A DNA stretch of 64,000 nt, from contig NC_135771.1 of NCBI RefSeq assembly GCF_052425735.1, positions 15,252,001 to 15,316,000 on the forward strand, given 5' to 3'. Made by a program: the position numbers and the translations under genes. The stretch comes from Oculina patagonica (taxonomy: Eukaryota). This document shows, one piece after another, positions 1 through 14,200 of the stretch; the first letter of the stretch is position 1, and every line of letters starts with the position of its first letter. The notes beneath the pieces are model-generated. The model saw only the letters and a list, made by a program, of their open reading frames with translations, did not search any database and had not been told where the DNA came from.

Positions 1-3
1 AAG

Positions 4-913
4 GTACAAGAAGAGGAGATGCTTGTTGCAGAGCTTAGGAAAATTGAAATGCGAAAGAAAGAGAGGGAAAAGAAACAGCAAGATTTACAGAAACTCATCA
101 CAGCTGCCGAGAACCAAGCAGATTCATACAGATTTAAGTAAGTTTTATGCCATACAGTGTGCATAGTTTTGTGAAGAGTGAAAACTTTTCTTCGTGTTGT
201 CTTTCTTGAAAGATACTTAACTCTCAGAATATGTTTCTCCATCAAGATATTTATATGACTAAAATTGGGTCATGGTAAAAAAGAAAAAAAAATAGTTTAA
301 TTTATGCCACCAAACCACTCTCACAGTTCTGAATTCCTTTGTTTTAACTTGATGAATTATTTATGAATTTGAGAATCCAGGTTTTAAATACACTGTAATA
401 GGCCATTTCAGCCATGTTTTGGGTGTTTGTGGTATAATTTACAGGGAATAAAGGAAATTGTTTGGGACCTTAGCTACCATTGTCTTAATGAATACCATCT
501 GCTTAACAGTGTCTACTAAGTACAGATTTGACTGTGTGAGGCATCCACTCAACTTAAATCCAGCTGAAATTTCACATCAAAACAAAGACTTACTAGGTAG
601 ACTTTTCGAGCTGCCAAGGCCAGAAAAGCAAGGTGGGCTTGTTGATGAGCCGGCTTAGCGTTTTCCAAGCTATATCCCTGCTTGTAAGTGTTTATTTAAT
701 TCCTTTTTTTTTTTACTAGACGGGACAAGAAACCAGTGAAAAAAAAGCCAACTAAAAAGAAAGGAGAATTAGCAGACAAACCTGTCAAGGTAGGCACATG
801 CAACGTTTACTGACCTGTCACTGGATAGTCAATATGACTGACTGACCGACGGATAGATGGACGGACGGACGGACGGACAGACAGACAAACTGACTGGCTG
901 GATGGCTGACTGA

Positions 914-944
<31 letters not shown>

Positions 945-3900
945 ACTCGAAACTGACTCATTCACTGATTGATTGATTGATTGAGCAACAGCCTAGATTA
1001 TTAACAGCCATCAGAATATAATTTTTTGTTCAGTCCTAACACTCAGCATCTAGGGTAATTTCACTTGATATTCAGTGTACACTGTAGTATGACCTTGATT
1101 ATCTGAAACTCAATTTTCCAGACTGTTTAGTAAACATTAATACTTGTCTGTGGTTCTGAGGTGTGGTCCTTACACATTTATATTTATTTAGTCTTTATTT
1201 ACAAGCCCTGACAAGTCATGGCCATGTATGCAGTCAACTCTCTCTTAACGAACACCTCTTTAAGATGGACACCTCCATAAGACGGACACCTGATAATGGT
1301 CCCTGCCGTTTAGTCATTTTACTGTAACCAAACTCCCTTTAAGACGGACACCTCTCTAAGAAGGACAACGGACACTTTGAAATAATTAACGGACACTTGA
1401 GAAGTGTTTTTTTTATCATGAACAGATTTTATTAGTGAAAATACTTCCAAACTTCGAATCGACCTTAAGAAAAGTTAGTCAGCGCCCTAAGGATACGTGC
1501 ATACCAAGCTTACTAACCAAAAACAATGACGCATTAACGGATTACCTTTTTGCTTACGTGTATGGACACTGAAGAGGTCATTTTCTACTTACAGTATTAT
1601 AGTTTGTAGAAGCTCTCAACTTTTGCTTTAACAAGCAAATACGGTCCTTTTATTATTTTAGTGTTGTTGCAGTTAGTAAAGGTTTGTTGAATTGTGCAAA
1701 GGTTTAGCTTTATTACCTCAGAATTACTGGTGTCATATTACCTCGACTCTCTACAGAGCAAACACCTCTCTAAGACGGACAGCTGCGGCCGGTCCCAAAG
1801 GTGTCCGTCTTAGAGAGATTTGACTGTACATGTACTCAGGCACAGCCTGTTAGCATAGCTCTCTTAGTTTTTCCAAATGCCAGTGGATAACAGTTTCTAA
1901 TCTTTTGCAGGCTGAATCATCAGGAGTCAAGTTTCCAGAGAGTAAAGGAGCTGGTGTGTATCTACGGAGTGGCAGGGTAAGAGCAACTGTTTCATTTCCA
2001 TTTCACACAACATTAGTTTGTTAAAGGTTTGTCGCTGGCTGTGTTCAACTGTTTCACTGCTAAAGTTAAACCTCTTGTTATTGAATGTAGATACTAGTGT
2101 TTCTTCTGTCAATCATTTTCATCTGAGACTTGATCCCTCCACTTTATTCACCCTTTCCATAATATGTTGTTTTAAGATGAAGATGCCAGGATCTGTAGGA
2201 ACCAAAAAAGCAAAGGCAGTTGAACAACTTTTGGAAGAGTTAGGAGTTGGTGAGTACCTGTATGATAATTGTGTTCCTAGTTTGTTTGCAGAATACTGTG
2301 ATGGTTGAGTTAGGCTGTTGAACGATAAAGAACTAATAGCTAATTTCACAAAAACACTGCCACTGAGATTAGACTTAAAAATTCGACTAATCATAAAAGG
2401 AGAACTACGCATTTGCTAACTTGCTATGGAATAAAATTTGCAGGGGAGGGGGGGGGGGCACACTACGCCTAACATATATTTTGTTCAATATATATTTGTA
2501 TTGAAGCCAAGGTACATGACCTGTAATGACGCATGCACTCAATGCATGTTGTATGTAGCATGTTACCACCAACAAGGTGTTCAAAAATTACACACCAGCT
2601 GGGAAGGTTAACACGTTTTATACAAAGGCTATAGTGGAAGAGCTGTTGAATCAAGCTGAGGGTGTAATGTCAGTGGACAAAAACTGCCTGCTACTCAAAA
2701 ATAACATGATTAGTAACACCTCTGTCAAACTGGAGTTAACGTTTTCCTTCCTTATCCTTTTGAATTGATTATATTGTTCCTTTCTTTTCAGATCTTATGC
2801 CAATGCCAACTGAACATATAAGCCACCAATTCAATGAACTGAGGTAAAAGCTCAATCTTACACTGAGTAAACTGTGTGTGTTTTTGTGTACACTGCCCTA
2901 CATAAGCCATATACTGGTATTATACAATTTTTGTCCTCTGGTATTGAACTGGGTGTGTACCATCTAGGAGAATATCGTTTTGTCTCTTGGTATAAGTAGT
3001 GCAGGTATTTGAACCCTTTTCAATTTATTTCAGTGGCAACAATGCCAAAAGGGGATTTACTGCTTAGTGCCCCTTTAGCATGACTGGAAAACGGTCACAG
3101 CTCCGCCAGTTGTGAATTATTCAAACTAATGTTGCTGTGTAAACTCCCTCGCCTTGTATAAAATTAAGTTTGTTTTGCAGAAATGAGATGATTCTGTTAT
3201 ATGACCTGAAGCAGGCAGCTGGAAACTGCGAATTTGAAATACAATCCTTGAAGTAAGTGCCAAGTATTCAACACAGGAAACATGGTCAAAAGTGCTATCT
3301 TAAAAACAGAAAGCGGGAAACGGGGGAAGGGCGATGAACGGGGAATGGGCCCAGGGGATCTTTAAACTGGGAACCTAGAGAATTGGGTCGCGTTAAAAGC
3401 AGGTACCGTATTTACTCGAATAAACGCCGCCCTCGAATAAGCGCCGCATTTTGGACAAAAAAGTTAATAAGCGCCGCAGTCCCGATGAGGCGCTTATTCA
3501 AGGAATTCCGTTTAACTAAAAACTGCACTTCAAAGCAGCTCTAAAACAAACTTGGACATTTCTTTTCATCAAGAGCGATCTTTGCAGTTCACAGTGATGG
3601 TTTCACTGCTCGCCCATTAGTTTTCTATCTAACATTCTTATAAGATTCTTTGGACGATCACACTATAAGATTCTTTGTGGCGTCCAAATTTTAAATAAGC
3701 GCCGCCCTCGAATAAGCGCCACACTTGTGGCGCGAAAAATTAAGATGGTTTCCGCACAACTTTCGAGCAATACAGGCAAAAACAAAGTTACCAAAAAGAC
3801 CTCCTAGCATGGCAATAGTTTTAGTACAGCTAACAAAAACCTGCCAAAAATTTAGCACTCAAGCTGACCCCGCGAAAGAAAAATGGATTTGAAATTGTCT

Positions 3901-6074
3901 ATATTTCAGTTAAAACGGACGTTTTGCGCCAGTTCAAAACAAAATGGCGCGCGTTTTAAACATTTTTACGAGGTTTGACGTAAGTTTTCTTGATAATGCT
4001 TTAGAATTTAATTACGGGGTCACTAAGACAAATGAATTTCGATAGGATCTTTTAAATAGTATACAAAATGTTGTCGTGCTATGAGTAGATTTTTGGTACT
4101 TAATTTTCGCACTCATTGCTCGAACTTTGAGCGGAATCCGTCTTAAATAAGCGCCGCGGCGCTTATTCGAGTAAATACGGTATCTTTAAAATAGGAAATC
4201 GTTGGAAATCTTGTTAAAACAGAAATCGATCAAAAGGAGGAACAATTAAAACGGGAATCTTTAAAAAAGGTAATCTTTAAAATGGAGAATCTTTTAAACG
4301 GGGTATTTAAAACAGGAAATATTTAAGTCGTTTCTCTACTGCTACTTTAAAGAATCTTTACAGAGCTTTCTTGAATCTGGTAATTTCCCTGTAAACATCA
4401 ACGTAGCTCCCAAAATCGTTCAGTTCAGTTTTTCTTTGCACGTTTTGGAATAGTATTGTTGTACTAGCAAAAAAGATATATATTGACAGCAGTTATAAGA
4501 GTGCGTGTAGAGTTCTGCTTCTATTGCTATGTGGAGTGACTTTTAAAAATAATCTTTCCGTTGGGAATTGCGGCTTTTTGTTTATAAAATCAAATGTTAT
4601 GTTGAGGTTATCTCACTGTTTATTTTGCGACAGGCATCGTCTGGAAGCCTTGGGAAAGGATATATCTACCATAAACGGTATCTACATATCATTATGATTG
4701 TACTTTTAAAGAATGTTGTTGTTGCTGTTTTTTGTGGTGCGCGTTTCTTTTTTTAAATGGTTTTTCCCTTAACTCTACTGCAATCGAGCCTTCACTAACG
4801 GCTTATACTTTTTACTCTAATTGAAACCTCCATAGTTAACTCTGCCCTAGGGTGGCCGTTATACTACGACTGTATTTACAATCCAGTGATATACTTATCT
4901 ACATCTCAACCCGCAGCTACTAGCCAGTAACATCTAGCTTTGAGACTCATTTTAAGCAATCAATCTGCAGCAAAACAAAAACCTTTCTTTTCTTTTTTCC
5001 TCAGTTCCTGTTGAAGCTGTCACTGCTGTTCCCAAAGTGGTTTGTGTATATTTTTTGTTTTATTTAGGATGGACTGGGTTTTTTGTTCAGGTCGTTGCGT
5101 TGTTTTGTTTCGTCTTTTTTTTTTTTTTTCAGGGAATAAATGCGAAAATCAAAAGTTCTCTTGTTACGGCATTGTTAATTATATTCGCATTGAATGAAAT
5201 TTCCCGCACGGGACCACCCCTTTTGTGCAGTTAATACAATAACTCGCAATAACTCAGTAATATCACTCGTGTATTAACAATCAGTATGAAACCTTCTCAG
5301 GTCAATTCTTTGCTTCACGCCAAGTTCTAACTGACCTTCCTGATCCCCTCGTGATGTTAGAAATCCTTGATTAAATTGTTTTGTCCTGTTATCTTCCAGC
5401 AAATTACAGCACCTTCCTCTACTCCACTTATAGACGCGGTGACTCCTTCACCAGGCACTCCAAATGCGGTTAGTGTGCACTTACTAGACAGTAACGAGAG
5501 TTGCATTATGACATAATCAATTCCAGGCAGTCAATGCCGTTAGTGTTGCTCTATCCCGATCGAAGTATCGATAAGTAAGTGTTGGGCCATCTGCGTCGGT
5601 TGTCCAAACCAAAGACTAAGCTAACCATACCTACTGTTACCCAGATTGGAAGAAGAAAGAAAGAAAGACGAAGAAAGACTTAAGCCTAATTTCGTCTTGA
5701 TTGTCCTGTCTTCCGCAAGTTGTTTACTCCGTGTAAGCAGAATCATTTGACATTTCTGTAAGATAAGAACACCAAAATGGCCATCTTGATGTCGTGAGGT
5801 GTGAAAACTCGGAAATTCTAATACAGAACTTTGAAAAAGGATGCCATCGAGTTAAAAAACTTGTAAGAAAATATATATTTAGGACGTCTTTTTGCCGATG
5901 AAAGAGAAAAACTCAGGAGGCCTTGCGTTTTTAATGACATCACGTGAAAACAGAGTTCTTTCAAAGGTTTCTTGTTTTAAATATATTTTTGCTTTGTTTC
6001 AATTATAGAGAAAAAGAAGAACAGCAGCAGTCTTTTTGGACCAAAATCCACTGAAGAAAACCAAGAGACTTTAA
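4..6074 (+). CDS. DMAP1: DNA methyltransferase 1-associated protein 1 (NuA4/SWR1 subunit), 3' part; gene starts upstream of window
   Basis: Ten AG/GT-bounded exons join in frame: 4-137, 720-789, 1911-1976, 2177-2249, 2792-2843, 3181-3252, 4634-4677, 5005-5036 or 5039 (two phase-0 donors), 5400-5468, 6009-6074 (TAA). Translation includes EEEMLVAELRKIEMRKKEREKKTQDLQKLITAA, GVKFPESKGAGVYLRS, MKMPGSVGTKKAKAVEQLLEELGV, PTEHISHQFNELRNEMILLYDLKQAAGNCEFEIQSLKHRLEAL and RKRR..KKTKRL*, matching the DMAP1 C-terminal domain. AATAAA signals near 6232 and 6243. Confidence 0.95.
835..985. repeat. Compound tetranucleotide microsatellite (GACT/GACG/GGCT/GATT)n
   Basis: Visible directly in a DMAP1 intron; a similar array lies at about 44049-44120. 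Confidence 0.9.
1231..1826. mobile_element. MITE, Tc1/mariner-like non-autonomous DNA transposon
   Basis: Imperfect TIRs cagtcaactctctcttaacgaacacc / ggtgtccgtcttagagagatttgactg. TA on the right, TG on the left (degenerate TSD). Subterminal 'taagacggacacctc' repeats. Confidence 0.8.
3406..4180. mobile_element. MITE with TA TSD (pogo/Tigger-like 'ccgtatttactcgaataa' family) carrying a nested insertion
   Basis: TIRs ccgtatttactcgaataa / ttattcgagtaaatacgg flanked by TA at 3404-3405 and 4181-4182. Internal 'aataagcgccgc' repeats. Related copy at 6644-7097. Confidence 0.9.
3744..4142. mobile_element. TTAA-flanked non-autonomous element (Kolobok-like), nested in the previous MITE
   Basis: TTAA at 3740-3743 and 4143-4146. 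Imperfect TIRs gatggtttccgcacaactttcgagcaat / attgctcgaactttgagcggaatccgtc. The sister MITE at 6644-7097 has a single TTAA at the equivalent site. Confidence 0.8.
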
Positions 6075-6643
6075 CATGCATCACAAGACTTTACTGAACA
6101 TCGTCTCTTGATGCGTGACATGTACGAAGATAACGTAATCTTAGTTCGGTGTCACAAGAGCGAATATTCTTTAGACGTTCGATATAATGGATGAAGTCAC
6201 TCTCTCTCTTTGTGAAAACTTTGATTTTGTAAATAAAGAATGAATAAAGAGATTCTTTTAAATCCTGAAATTCAGTTAACTTTAAATTTCCAACAGTCAG
6301 CCACTTTTACACTGCCATATTTTCCCGGAATTATTCATTCCAAAAAAATCGACCCCTTGGATAAATGCTGGGTTCAAATAAAGCGAAGTCAACAAGTCGA
6401 GATTTTAATAAACGTACCCCAACAACAACTTTATTTTTACTTATTTTATAGGCTAGTTACACTGGAAAGATATATAAAAAGACAAAATGACCAGGAAGAA
6501 TGTAAAAAAATAGGGCGTCACCTAAAAATAACCTGGGGCGGGACTCACCTATATCCGTTCACTTGACAGAAATCTAGCGGAAAAGGAATCAGTTACAACA
6601 ATAAAATGTTAGTAAAAGTTCAAACCCACTCTTTGAGAACATA

Positions 6644-7097
6644 CCGTATTTACTCGAATAAGCGCCGCCCCCGAATAAGCGCCGCAGTCTCGATGCAGCG
6701 CGTATTTGAGGAATTTCTTTCAACTAAAAACAGCACTACGGAGCAACTCTTAAACAAACTTGGACATTTTTTCCATCAAAAGCGATGTTTTGCAGTTCAA
6801 AGTGATTATTTTACCGTTCGCCCATTAGTTTTCCATCCAACATTCTTACAATACGTAGTTCTGAAAATGTTGTAAAGGCCGCGAACTTTGCCAGGACAGC
6901 TAGTGCCACTCTTGCAAGAGACGAATACTGACGATCAAAAGACGCTATTTTTTGATTACTGTAAAAGATTTTACTCTTTGTGGCGTTCAAATTTTAAATA
7001 AGCGCCGCCCTCAAATAAGCGCCGCCCTCGAATAAGCGCCGCACTTGAGGCGCCAAAAATTTAATAAGCGCCGCGGCGCTTATTCGAGTAAATACGG
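6644..7097. mobile_element. MITE with TA TSD, same family as 3406-4180
   Basis: Perfect TIRs ccgtatttactcgaataagcgccgc / gcggcgcttattcgagtaaatacgg with TA on both sides. Lies between the convergent 3' ends of DMAP1 and C9orf72. Confidence 0.9.
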
Positions 7098-8215
7098 TAT
7101 TGTTGATGAGTCATTGAGGGGTATGTGTATCTGAAGGAGATATTCGGGAAGTCGGTAATAACAGCCAAAGTATGGAGTAAAAAGAAAAGATAAGTTAATG
7201 ATAGATGCGAGGCGTATTGTCCATTTAACCAAACATTAGGGAATTCCATCTGGAGGTATTCCTTTCGTGCAGGTTGGTACTAACCATCTCGAAAAACCGG
7301 TACGATAATTTGTTCTTGTCTCCCATTTTTAATCTGTCATCAAGGGAAAGAAATAACCGTAAACCTTATTATAAATGATAACGCCATCTCTTCTGTTGGT
7401 TTGCTGAGTTTGGAAAACACTTGCCAGTTCTTTTCGACGATGGAAAATATCCCAGCTGAGAGCAAATTATACGGCTATGAAGGTTGCATGAGTGACGTCC
7501 TAACAGGGGTTAAGGGATGCATAAAAAATATTCCGAGATATCACACTCAGTGGTTTTCTTTTTTGGAAAAAGTAAAATAGGTTCGTTGGTTAACATAAGG
7601 CGAACAACAGACTCACAAATGTATTAGTTTGTGTTTTTCTGTCAAATCTTAACCATTCCAAACAATCAGTTCAGAATCTTAGCAAGCCCCTAATTCCTTG
7701 CGCTACCCTGAGACGAAATTTCCGGATTGGGTTTCGTTCCTACATGCGATTTTTAACAAAGGATCTGTTATCGACGTCATCTGGTATCGTTTCGATCACG
7801 GCTTCATTGAAGGTTTTTCATGATGTCACCATTTGTATTTGTCTAGAGCAAGAACTTCAAGTCATTTCTTCAGGCTTTTAATAAACTTAGAGCAAGTGAT
7901 GGACTCTAGAACCCCATTTTCGAGATGAACATGCGGCAATATTTCCACTTGGGTTCAAACAGTTCTGACTGTTTCCAGGACTTGTTGCCCTAACTCCATT
8001 TATTATAACACCACTGACTGAACTCAGCAAAAAACTCAACCTCAGGATCTATCCGCACCACGCGGATGAGGTTGCAAACAACTGTCAAAACGTACAGCCT
8101 CGTTCCAAGGATCCATGGGCACGTGCTTGGATAACATTTTCCGTAGACATTGCCACTCGTCACATTTCTTGGATTTTCCTGTCTTTATAATAAATACTAC
8201 TGTCTTTGGAAACCA

Positions 8216-11200
8216 TCACAACGACTCAAAAAGGGCCTGGACCCGATCCACGTTTTGACAGGGATCTCCCTTTAAGAACGTGTAGATTCCCGGATGTAGC
8301 TTTTCCGCGCGTGTTAACACGATTGAGTAATCAGCTTCTGTACCCAGCTGCAAGTCTTGACGTAACTGTCGCTTAGCAACGTAATCCAGTGGAACTGTGC
8401 CGAATGACCTGAAACGTGACATGGAAAGACTTACGAAACTGGCACTATTGAGCTCTAGAAGTCTCGCGTTTCGCTTACCCCAACTAACTGCCCCAAATGG
8501 GCTGATACAGCCAATCATTTAAAGTTCGGCCTGGTTTATACTCGGGTTTATAAACGAAATTTCAACGGGGTTCTCTAATCATAGCTTGCGTCGCAGCTAG
8601 ATGTGTCACAAACCTTCGATATACCGACTATACCGAGGTTTAGTTTCGTCTGCAACGCAGGCTATCTAACCACGACAACTGGCGGAGTTTTAAAAAAGCG
8701 TTATTTCAACAGGGAGATGCCCAGCTTAAGACATGCTGTAACATGTGTGGTTATTTAACTTTTGTTAAAATAATCGGCATAGTAGAATCAAAAACATTAT
8801 ACATACGATTTAGCTTCCAGGTATTTAATGAGCGCCAGAGCTTTTCGGTCAAGAAGACGTAAAAAATTGTTGATGAATCCTTCACGGACGCCACAAACGT
8901 ACGGAAGAAGATTGAGCTATTAAAAAAAGAGAAGCAAAATAATTATGACTGCTAACATCCAAGTGATCAACAACAAATCCGCGCGAAGAGTACATTCTTT
9001 TGTAATCACAGAAATGGGTTTGAACAACCAAAAAGAACTACTGGACACTGTTCTGTTGACTAATATACGACCTTGGCTTCCACATTAAACTTACTTTGTT
9101 GTCACCTCGTTACACATCATAATACGGTCCAATCTAGTCGCGTAGTAATTTGAATCTTTTTTCGTTTGTGCGTCAAAAACGTCACAATTTTACAAACTTG
9201 ACTTGCTACTTTTTAAATGTACTTCAACAGATGCATGCATTATGGTAACGTTGTAAAAGGGGTGTACATTATCCAAATTAAAATTCACTTTGAGCATTAT
9301 CAATTAGTTTTATCGGGTGTTATCAATTAATAAACTGCATACTCACATCATGCATGAAAGTTTGCACCAAGATTCCGATTTCCTCGGAGTTGTGAAACAG
9401 ACCCCTAAAGTACAAACAACGATGAACTAGTGAAACAAACCCCCAGGGAATGAAAAGTTCTATCGTTATATCATTGGTCCTATGGTCGTGATCAGTAGTT
9501 CACTTCAGTGAACAGACTTACCGACAGAAAGATGTCTTATTCATGTTCAACAGAAACCAGTTATAACAGAAGCCACGTTACAAAGCACTCAAAAGTGTAC
9601 GACATCAAAACGTAGATCTATACAGTCTTTATTCTCTCCAAGAGGCAAAAGAACCTTTAAGTTAGTGACTTTTTCCGTTTGCTTTGTTAATTATCAATTC
9701 TTCAAGTTTATTGGTAGAAAGACTGTTGTGGAATAAAAACTTTGAATGCAGCTATGACAGAGAGTGCATAAATTGCATGAATTGACATGCCAAATTTTCA
9801 GCCAATACAATTGAAGGCGCTGGACAACATAGGGTGGGATTAGTAAGTAATTACACGATTTTTCTCATGTAATTTGGAACAACTTCGAAGACTACAAATT
9901 ACACTTGCCCTACGGGCTTGTGAAATTTTGTTAACCTTGAAAAATTTATTTGTGCTTATTTATTCCAAATTGAACTCGAAATCATGTGTTTACTGGTACA
10001 AATTGCGCACTACTTCCTCTACCAATCAGAAATAAAACCAATCGTGACTCACTCGCACGTTTTCTTGCGCTCGGCGGCGGCTACATGTATTTGCTTCGAG
10101 TTTTGATTGGTTCACTGGATTGTCTGTGTCCTTTGTGATCAGTGATTGACCAGAGTGAATACTTTGGTTTTGGTTTTACGATACTCAAACAAAAAATGCT
10201 TTAAAGGAACTGAAACCCACACCAAAACACAACTGCTAACCACAAAACTTTCCAAAACACTTTATGTCCATGCATTAATACTTTGCATTAAAACTTGATA
10301 GGTGTTAAGTCGACAGGCAAATCTTGTGCTTCTGCTTATTTTACGCCTGCTCAAACTCCTGAAATAAGTACAAGCACAAGAATGGAAAAGTTTCTTTTTC
10401 TTATCTCATTCCGGTTCACACTCAAGTTTTCTTATGCTTATGTAAGTTGCCCACTGGCAATTGTTCTTGTGATACTCACAGTTCTGGAAAAACTGGCGCA
10501 TCTTCAGCTTCCTCTAACAACAGTGCCAACTCAATGTCAATAAACTCCCTTCGGATGACAATGTGTTCGTTAAAGGGGCAAGTCTGTTTGACCTCCCCTG
10601 TATCCATGTCAACAAGAGTACTAGGCAGGCTGCTGGTGATAATTCCCTTGACTGGAAGACTGAATGAATCATTGGAACTCTGATGGATAACCAAGAAAAA
10701 AAGGCATCATTAAGTGATTGAGTAACCACCACACTTAAAAGATACTTACAACACAAACGGCTCACAATGTAGATTGTCAATTTGGAAAATAAAAAGCTGG
10801 TATTATTGTTCATTGCAGTTAGAGTTTACAGGACATGTACAGTACTTAAATAATTACACAAACAAGATATAAAATAAATAAAATTAAATAATTAAGTCGA
10901 TTAAATAATTCTACGGCTCGAATATTACACCTATCGGTCTAAAATTTGGCATGAAGTATCTCTATATGACTCTTTATAACCCTACCTTTTTGTTTTGGAT
11001 GAAAATTTTTCGAGTGCCGAGAAATTAGCAATTCTGTTCAACGTGCCCATACATTGCTCTGTAAAAATTAAATAAATGCCATTAAATAATTCTACGGCTC
11101 GAATATTGCACCTTTCAGTCTTAAATTTGGCATGAAGGATCTCTGTATGACTCTTTATAACCCTACATTTTTGCTTTGGATGAAAATGTTTCGAGTGCCG

Positions 11201-14200
11201 AGATATTAGCAATTGTGTTCAACGTGCCCATACATTGCTCTGTAAAAATTAAATAAATGCCATTAAATAATTCTACGGCTCGAATATTACACCTTTCAGT
11301 CTAAAATTTGGCATGAAGTATCTCTGTTTGACTCTTAATAACCCTACATTTTTGTTTTTGATAAAAATCTTTCAAGAGTTGAGAAATTTGCGATTCTGTG
11401 ATGTTCCTATACATTGCTCTGTAATTATGTAAAACATCTTTGTGATTAAATAATTCTACGGCTCGAATATTTCACCTTTCATTCTAAAATCTGGCATGAA
11501 GTTTCTCTGTACGACTCTTAATATCACTACATTTTGGTTTTTGGTGTTGATCTTTCAAGAGTCAAGAAATTAGCAATTCTGTGCAACGTGCCCATATATG
11601 CTCTGTAATTGCATATATTTCAATCATTTGCTGCGCTTGAATATTATTGCGACATGCAGAGCAGAAATTGGGTGGAAATTCTCTCTGTACGACAAGCTAA
11701 AACAAAGCGATTTTTTTCGGGTTTTGTTTAATCATAACCGAGTAGTTAAACATTTTTTTTCCAAGCGCGTCCAATATAATTTTCAAATATACAAAACAAA
11801 ATAGTTTGTACCATGCAAAGTTACGATAGCTCAGTTGGTAGAGAACACTTCTACGGAAGTTGTGTATGCCTTGGTCGTTGGTTCAAATGCAAACGGATGC
11901 TATAATCTTTTTTTTTCTGAGTATGCCGTTTTATTTTAACAAACGCAACAGTAAATTTTGATATTTCAGTATGTTGAGTTCGAACGCCGGCTATTTCAGA
12001 GAGACTTCAGCCGTCGATAGAATTGGAACGTTTGTAGTGTAGAAAAAAAAAACACCACCGAGAAATCAAGCTGTTATGCCCCAGGTGAAACTAATTTTTT
12101 TGCATATATATAAATAATTCGCTCCCATTCAATATTAACGACATTTGGTGGACATTATCTCTGTATGACTGGCTAAAATAGAGGCATTCGTTTAAAGCAA
12201 TTTGTTTACTCATGGCTGAACAATTAACGATTTTTTAAAGCTTGTTCAAATATAATATATAAATAATCCAAAAAAATTTCTGTACCGTTAAACGTTACAA
12301 TAGCTTATTTGGGAGAGAGTAGTTCCACATGCTGTATGTCCCGGTCGTTGGTTCAAATCTGGACGGAACTCATTTTTTTTTCTTTTTCCTTTTTTTTTTT
12401 CATTACGAGTAAAAGTCTCGCTTGCTCTTTTGGGCGAAAATTACTTTTAAATTATCTCGAGCGTGTACGAGCAAACGTCTTGCTTATATATTTTCTTAAA
12501 ACTTGCTAACATTTATTTTGATCGGCAAGAGTTCAGTTTATTTATCTTGAGTGTGTGCGGGCACATCTCATTGCTTAAATTGTTGGTTAAATGCATCAAA
12601 AGTCTAACTTACTTTTATTGTTTACATTGAGTTGTTTCGTTGAGGGAGTAAGGGGTCGCTATGCGAGCGAAATTCTCGTTTGTATATCTTTATCTTAATT
12701 AGTACTAGTTTGCTGGGCAAAACGCCAACTGTGTGCGTCCAGCAACAATTCTACACAATACAATTCCTTTGTTGACTAGGAAGCTAGGAGCTACGTTGTT
12801 TGATATATATAAATGGTGTATGGCCACTGTCGTGCATGTTTAGGAATTTAAAGAAAATCGTACCTTTCAAAATATTAGCGAGATTTCTTAAAAGTATGGG
12901 CGAAATTAAACATTTGAAAAAAACATACTTTTAAATTTCGAAGACTTGCTTCGGACACTCTGTATCCATTATCAGTTTGAAGATGTTTCTTTCAAAATAT
13001 GACATTTACACCGGCACACGTCTCATTGACATGGTCAAAGAGGATATCCCGCTCCGTATAGTCTCCATGATCGAGCTACTACAGAGTTTGGTATTAGGGT
13101 AGCCTATTGTCTGCAATTTATGTGTCATTCAGCGATTCAGGGCGAGGGTCTTATGTGCTTGACACTCCCCGAAGAAGTAGTACTGCTCTACTCTTCCTCT
13201 TCCATGGATGTGGCGTTCATGGTGTTTTTTAACTACATGTAAACGGATGATCTCGGAGAGTCGATAACAGTGAAATAAAGTTTTAATGTTATAACCGACC
13301 ACGAAAAAAAAAATGATTGTCACTATCTTGTTTGTGCGGTTGCCCCTAGATAATTAAATAAATAAGATATAAAATAAATAAAATTAAATAATTAAATAAT
13401 TAAGTACGATTAAATAATTCTACGGCTCGAATATTACAGCTTTCAGTCTAAAATTTGGCATGAACCATCTCTGTGTGACTCTTAATAACCCTACATTTTT
13501 GTTTTTGATGAAAATCTTTCGAGAGCCGAGAAATTAGCAATTCTGTTCAACGTGCCCATACATTGCTCTGTAATGATTAATGAAATAAGTACCATTAAAT
13601 AATTCTACGGCTTGAATATTACACCTTTCAGTCTAAAATTTGGCACGAAGTATCTCTGTCTGTTTGGTACGAGAACGGCGAGAAAAACTCAAAATACTTT
13701 TTGAATTTGGAAAAAACTAGGTGTGGTAAAACTGCTGTAAGGCGACTTTATGATTCCACCGGAAAAATTACAGTCAATCCTAAATCTATAATAAACGAGC
13801 TTAGAGACTTTTATCTAAACCTATATAGCAACAATGACTCCGAAGAAGGCGAAGAATTTGCTTTTGACTTTTTAGAAAATCCGAACATACCCACGTTAAA
13901 TGACAATTCGTCGATGAGTTGTGAAGGACTGCTTACGCGCGCTGAATGTTTTGAAGCGCTAAATAAATTTCCTAATGGCAAGACCCCTGGAAATGACGGA
14001 CTCACAGCTGAATTCTATAAAACTTTCTGGTATTTATTAGGTCAGCAGCTCACTGACTCCCTGAACTATTCCTTTGAGCACGGCGAACTATCCACCTCAC
14101 AAAAGCAAGCCATTATTAAATTAATAGACAAAAAAGACAGAGATAGAAGGTACATCAAAAATTGGAGGCCAATTTCTCTTCTTAACGTGGATATGAAAAT

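Noticed and set aside
10900-11610. CRISPR-like array
   Set aside because: Whole ~181-bp units are homologous with no unique spacers, there are no cas genes, and the context is a eukaryotic intron.
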